IMG/VR virus record: IMGVR_UViG_3300033463_000096
Span: 51,834 to 71,833 of that record
Source of the DNA: an uncultured virus (IMG/VR IMGVR_UViG_3300033463_000096)
Lineage: Duplodnaviria; Heunggongvirae; Uroviricota; Caudoviricetes
Reading direction: 5' to 3' (one strand)
DNA length: 20,000 nt
Part shown: piece after piece, positions 16,051 through 20,000 of the stretch
How positions within the stretch are numbered: position 1 is the first letter of the stretch
Layout: the number at the start of each line of letters is the position of its first letter
The notes under the pieces: model-generated
The model's input: only the letters and a program-made list of their open reading frames with translations
Database searches by the model: none
Told to the model about the DNA's origin: nothing
Position numbers and translations under genes: made by a program

Positions 16051-17862
16051 TTACTTAATTACGGTCTTCCAAGAGCCGTTAACTTTCATTAGGTAGATAC
16101 CTGGGCTCAACTTCGAGTATCTTACTGCGTCAGTTGCAGTCATACCCTGTAAAGCACCGTGGTATTTGCCAGAAGGATCATATACTTCAAAGTTCAGCAA
16201 TTCAGCGTCTGCCTTGTTGAAGTCAATCCACACAGTCTTACACATAGGATCATCAGGATAAGCATCACAGTTGTATGATGGGCCTCCGCAAAGAGCATCA
16301 CCCGGAGCACAGTCAGTTACTGCGAACTCGAAGTTGTCAACATCAATGTAGCCTTGAGCAATTTCAAGGGTCAAGATCTGTTCACCAGCAGCGCTGAATG
16401 TTGCCTGTCCCTTAATCTTTTCAAACTTAGACCATGAGTCTCCAGTGAACTTCATTGTATCAGACACTGCCTTGTTGCCAACCTTAAACAGAATAGCGCC
16501 ATCGCCTTCCGCAGCCACTGTTGCATACACAATATAATTGCCTGCTTCAGGAACCTTGATGGTATACTGGTAGTAGTTGCCTGTTGCATTACATCCAATC
16601 ACCATACCGCCATTCTTATCGCCAATCTTTACAGATGTGCCAGCACGGTATGTTGTGTTCCATGTATCATTACAGTCACCGCTGACTGAATATGAATTAT
16701 TACCGGCGCCCTTTCCTGGGATGTCAAAGTCTTCTGCTTCAATCGGGAATGCAAGGTTAAATGCTTCGCCCTTAAATGGTTTCTGCGGTTCGGGTTCAAC
16801 GATAGTACCGCCCTCACCTGTAGGCAAGCCGGTTGAGTTCTGACCTGGGTGAGATGGCAAATAAGATTTTAGCCATGTCATAGCAGGACGATCATTTCCA
16901 TTCTTAATAATGCCGGAGTTACCGTTGGTAGTCCAAGTTGAGCCATAGATGTAGCCCCAGAGGGTGATACCTGCGATGTGCTCATTTTCCATAAAGTAAG
17001 AAATCTGCTGTTCATAGCAGTTCTTCTGGTCATTGTCATCTTCGGTAGCAATATCATATTCGGAGATGAACATCGGCATCTGGGTCTTATTCCAGATTTC
17101 TTCAATAGCAGACTTCAGTGTGTTAATGTCTAAACAAGATCCGCCACCGCCAGTACCGCCATTACCGCCACCGGCCTTCTGCATGTCGTGTGCCTGTAGG
17201 CCGTATGCGTCTACCGGAGCTCCCGCAGCCTTAATCTTATTGATGAGGTCAATACCTTCATTCTTCTGCCACTGAACGGTATTATAGTCATTATAAATCA
17301 AAATCGCATCAGGCCAGCGTTCACGAGCCATCTTAAATGCAGTAGTCACAAATTCATAATTGCCGTTATCTCCGCCAAGCGCTGCTATTATATTATTGTT
17401 GCCCTGCGGTCCGTAGGCTGAGTGATATTTGCCGTCGTTTGTTTTAATTGCTTCATTGACCACATCTATCATTTCAAGATCTGGGTAATGATTCTTTACC
17501 GCATCCATCCAGTTCGTAATAGCTGTCTTTGTGTCAGCAGCGGATTTTCCATTCAGCCAATTGGGATATTGAGAACCCCAAACAAGGGCGTGAAATTTGA
17601 AGTGAGCATTGTTCTGCTTTGCCCAATTATATGCGGCATCGCATCCACTCCAATTATAACGACCTTGTGTGCCTTCAATGGAAGCCCACTTGCATTCATT
17701 TTCAGCAGTGATTTGGTTCCAGTACTGACCGAAGTCAGAACGGACTTGACCATTAGTGGTGATGTTTCCGACGAACTTAGTTGCTCCTTCTGCCAACGGG
17801 GCACAAATGCCTGCGGACATACAAAGCAAGATAAGCACGGCGAGCCATTTTAACAACTTCAT
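16051..17862 (-). CDS. Secreted GH10 endo-1,4-beta-xylanase with CBM6-like module and C-terminal sorting-like domain
   Basis: Signal peptide. GH10 motifs WNQITAENECKW, HALVWGSQYPNW, DVVNEA (acid/base Glu), LIYNDYN, GLQAH, ISEYD (nucleophile Glu) and GITLWG. CBM6-like IEAEDFD...YQYTIKV..AG.Y...DNFEF. Basic C-terminal VYDPSGK...PGIYLMK. Confidence 0.93.
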   Translation of the reverse strand: MKLLKWLAVLILLCMSAGICAPLAEGATKFVGNITTNGQVRSDFGQYWNQITAENECKWASIEGTQGRYNWSGCDAAYNWAKQNNAHFKFHALVWGSQYPNWLNGKSAADTKTAITNWMDAVKNHYPDLEMIDVVNEAIKTNDGKYHSAYGPQGNNNIIAALGGDNGNYEFVTTAFKMARERWPDAILIYNDYNTVQWQKNEGIDLINKIKAAGAPVDAYGLQAHDMQKAGGGNGGTGGGGSCLDINTLKSAIEEIWNKTQMPMFISEYDIATEDDNDQKNCYEQQISYFMENEHIAGITLWGYIYGSTWTTNGNSGIIKNGNDRPAMTWLKSYLPSHPGQNSTGLPTGEGGTIVEPEPQKPFKGEAFNLAFPIEAEDFDIPGKGAGNNSYSVSGDCNDTWNTTYRAGTSVKIGDKNGGMVIGCNATGNYYQYTIKVPEAGNYIVYATVAAEGDGAILFKVGNKAVSDTMKFTGDSWSKFEKIKGQATFSAAGEQILTLEIAQGYIDVDNFEFAVTDCAPGDALCGGPSYNCDAYPDDPMCKTVWIDFNKADAELLNFEVYDPSGKYHGALQGMTATDAVRYSKLSPGIYLMKVNGSWKTVIK

Positions 17863-17895
17863 GTGTTATCTCCTTTTTATGAATTGGTTGAAATT

Positions 17896-17924
17896 AAAAT
17901 AAACAAAATCTAAGGCCAAGTCAA
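17896..17924 (-). promoter_or_regulatory. Putative sigma70-type promoter of the xylanase gene
   Basis: TTGACT (17924-17919), 17 nt spacer, TATTTT (17901-17896). An AAGGAG RBS precedes ATG 17862. Confidence 0.65.
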
Positions 17925-17952
17925 TAGACTGACCCCATATTTTATCTATACA

Positions 17953-17981
17953 TAAAGGGAGGGCCAGTTTCCTAGCCCTCC
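17953..17981 (-). terminator. Intrinsic terminator after nrdD
   Basis: Minus strand reads GGAGGGC-taggaaactg-GCCCTCC-CTTTA. Confidence 0.6.
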
Positions 17982-17987
17982 GTGGTA

Positions 17988-20000
17988 TTAAATGTTGTGC
18001 CTATCTCTCAATTCAGCAAGCTTACCATCATTCCATGATTTGGTAATTGACTTTCTTGGAGAACCGGTCAAGTAGCCTGTGATACGGCGAACACGAACGA
18101 ACTTATCTTCATTCTTGCAACCGCACTTAGGGCAAGCATCGTTGATGATGCCGTGGAAACCACATTCTAGACAGTCATCTGAGTCCATAGTGACAGTGAA
18201 GTAGCCAAGGTCGGCGTCATACATCGCATCAATCACGTGTTTAACGGCGTCAATGTTCTTGCTGAGGTCACCATTCAGTTTGTAGTAGAAAATGTGTCCA
18301 GCATTCGTTAACTTGTGGAATGGAGCCTCTGTCTTGAGCTTGTTCACGAGTGATGTATTGACTGAATAATCAATCATATGCGAGTTCGTGTAATAGCCCT
18401 TGCCAAAGATACGATACAAATCCACATCCTTTAGCTTTTTCTCATTTTCAAACTTGTTCTTGTCAATGTTTGCGAATCTGCCTGCGACTGCTTCTGCAGG
18501 TGTTGCGAAACAAGACCAGTTCAAGTGAGTTTCCTTCTGCTGTTCATCACAGAACTTACGAATCGTCTTAACGATGCTCAAAGCGAAATCGTCAATGTCG
18601 TGGTCAACGCCCCATGTCTTACCAGTGATGAGTGTCACCACTTCCGCAATGCCCACATAACCAATTGACAAAGATCCCTGGCGGAATACTTCCCCGACCG
18701 TGTCAGTGACATCGTGCGGTTCATCATCAGATGTGAGATACAGACCTTGCTGCATTGTGAATGGGTAAGATTCGTATGTTTTCTTTGAAATGAGAGCGAA
18801 CCTATCAAGGAGGCTTCCTTTAACATCTTGAAGAATGTTCTGAAGCTTTTCAAAGAAGATTGCTTTTCTTTCTTCAACCGTATCAGCAGCCATGTGCGCT
18901 TCAATAGCCAAGCGCGGAAGGTTGATGGTGTGGAATGCAAGGTTTCCACGGCCGGTTGTTTGTTCAGCGCCATTGATGTTGCCCAAAACACGAGTGCGGC
19001 AACCCATCGTTGAAACAGTGGTGTTCTCAATGAGCTTTCTCAATTTCAACATGCCGTTCTCAATAGCGGCAATTTCCCAGTACTCACCAGTACCAACTTC
19101 AAATTCATATTTAGGCTGGTCAAAGACAACATCTTCATTTACGAATACTTGTTCAACTTCGTCCCTACCTCTCACCTTTAATTCAAGTGAAAGCACGCCC
19201 TTGACATCAATGATCTTTTCACGATACTTGACATACGGAGCGTTGAATGACGAGTCAACACGAACAAAGTTCGGATAGAAGCGTCTTGCCAAACATTCAA
19301 GCGACCTCTGATACAAGTCATAGTTAGGATCTTCAGGGTTCTTGGTATATCCCTTCATCAACTTGAAAATCAAAATCGGGAAGATTGCTGTCAAGCCATC
19401 ACCCAAGCCTTCCATCTGTGAACGGATAAGGTTAGCCGAAACCATTCGTCCGCAATTTGATGTATCAAGACCAAAGTTCAGTGATGAGAACGGAACCTGG
19501 TTGCCTGAACGTGACTGTAGTGAGTTCAAGTTGCCGATTAGGCCTTCCATAGCCTGATGGGTATCATCGTCTGTTTTCTTGATAGCCTTTTCAACACACT
19601 TATGAGGGAAGAGCATGTTTAGGCGTTCAACTGGCTGGTTCATGGAAACAGTCTTCAAGAGCTTATCCATATCACCGGCGCATGCAGGCGAGCCGCTATA
19701 TTCTTCGTAGCGGATTAACTCAGTTTTAAGGTTTTTCTTGAATGATAAATCTACAAACGGTGCAAGGTCAAAGTCAATGTTGTCGTCGGCAATACCGCCG
19801 AACTGCTGATTTGACTGCAACTGCAAAATCACTGCTGTCAAGGCTGCTGCTGTTTGAATTGACTGCGGTGCACGAAGGAAGCCGGTACCTGAGTCAAAGC
19901 CATGTCTAAGCAATTTGCCTACTGGAGCAAACAAGCAGTTGAATGTAAGGTTATACTGGTTCAAGTCATGAATATGAATTGCTCCGTCCTTATGTTCAAT
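17988..20000 (-). CDS. nrdD: Anaerobic (class III) ribonucleoside-triphosphate reductase, 5' end outside the window
   Basis: The frame is open to the window edge (..EHKDGAIHIHDLNQY..). Motifs TFNC, SRSGNQVPFSSLNFG, MGCRT, GRGNL..TINLPR, TPAE, YYTNS, zinc ribbon CLECG..CPKCG and glycyl-radical motif RRITGYL. Confidence 0.96.
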   Translation of the reverse strand: MEHKDGAIHIHDLNQYNLTFNCLFAPVGKLLRHGFDSGTGFLRAPQSIQTAAALTAVILQLQSNQQFGGIADDNIDFDLAPFVDLSFKKNLKTELIRYEEYSGSPACAGDMDKLLKTVSMNQPVERLNMLFPHKCVEKAIKKTDDDTHQAMEGLIGNLNSLQSRSGNQVPFSSLNFGLDTSNCGRMVSANLIRSQMEGLGDGLTAIFPILIFKLMKGYTKNPEDPNYDLYQRSLECLARRFYPNFVRVDSSFNAPYVKYREKIIDVKGVLSLELKVRGRDEVEQVFVNEDVVFDQPKYEFEVGTGEYWEIAAIENGMLKLRKLIENTTVSTMGCRTRVLGNINGAEQTTGRGNLAFHTINLPRLAIEAHMAADTVEERKAIFFEKLQNILQDVKGSLLDRFALISKKTYESYPFTMQQGLYLTSDDEPHDVTDTVGEVFRQGSLSIGYVGIAEVVTLITGKTWGVDHDIDDFALSIVKTIRKFCDEQQKETHLNWSCFATPAEAVAGRFANIDKNKFENEKKLKDVDLYRIFGKGYYTNSHMIDYSVNTSLVNKLKTEAPFHKLTNAGHIFYYKLNGDLSKNIDAVKHVIDAMYDADLGYFTVTMDSDDCLECGFHGIINDACPKCGCKNEDKFVRVRRITGYLTGSPRKSITKSWNDGKLAELRDRHNI

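Noticed and set aside
19032..19232. Intein in nrdD
   Set aside because: There is no N-terminal Cys/Ser block A, no C-terminal HN plus nucleophile, and the insert is too short.
11313..19557. Numerous short antisense or alternate-frame ORFs in the track
   Set aside because: They are shadows of long, motif-supported minus-strand genes.
1..20000. Stop-codon reassignment (alternative genetic code)
   Set aside because: Genes are full length and tightly packed under the standard code, with no fragmentation by TAG or TGA.
1..20000. CRISPR array, tRNAs or diversity-generating retroelement
   Set aside because: I saw no regularly spaced repeats, cloverleafs, reverse transcriptase or template/variable repeat pair. 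The cadherin repeats are diverged protein-level repeats.

Overview
A 20 kb segment of a large T4-like (myovirus) bacteriophage genome, coding mostly on the minus strand. The left half holds late and virion genes: regA, gp25-like and gp53-like baseplate proteins, two tandem tail-tube-like (gp19/gp54) genes and a terminase large subunit. The terminase gene stops 38 aa after a Cys-initiated intein N-terminal motif, which points to an atypically split trans-splicing intein whose partner lies outside the window. Four otherwise unrelated protein segments share a leader, M(E/K)(L/I)xxALxxLxx(A/V)G-x(2-4)-(A/K)E, resembling a capsid-targeting and prohead-protease signal; one copy sits inside a longer ORF. 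A ~310 nt non-coding segment rich in helices and with a pseudoknot (4640-4954) is a candidate structured RNA. The right half carries host-like secreted cargo: a 1492 aa cadherin-repeat protein and a complete GH10 xylanase with a CBM6-like module. Both resemble Fibrobacter proteins, suggesting a gut or rumen Fibrobacter host (inference). The window ends in an anaerobic ribonucleotide reductase (nrdD) with an apparent ~60 aa insertion. All family calls come from motif recognition by eye; no searches were run.
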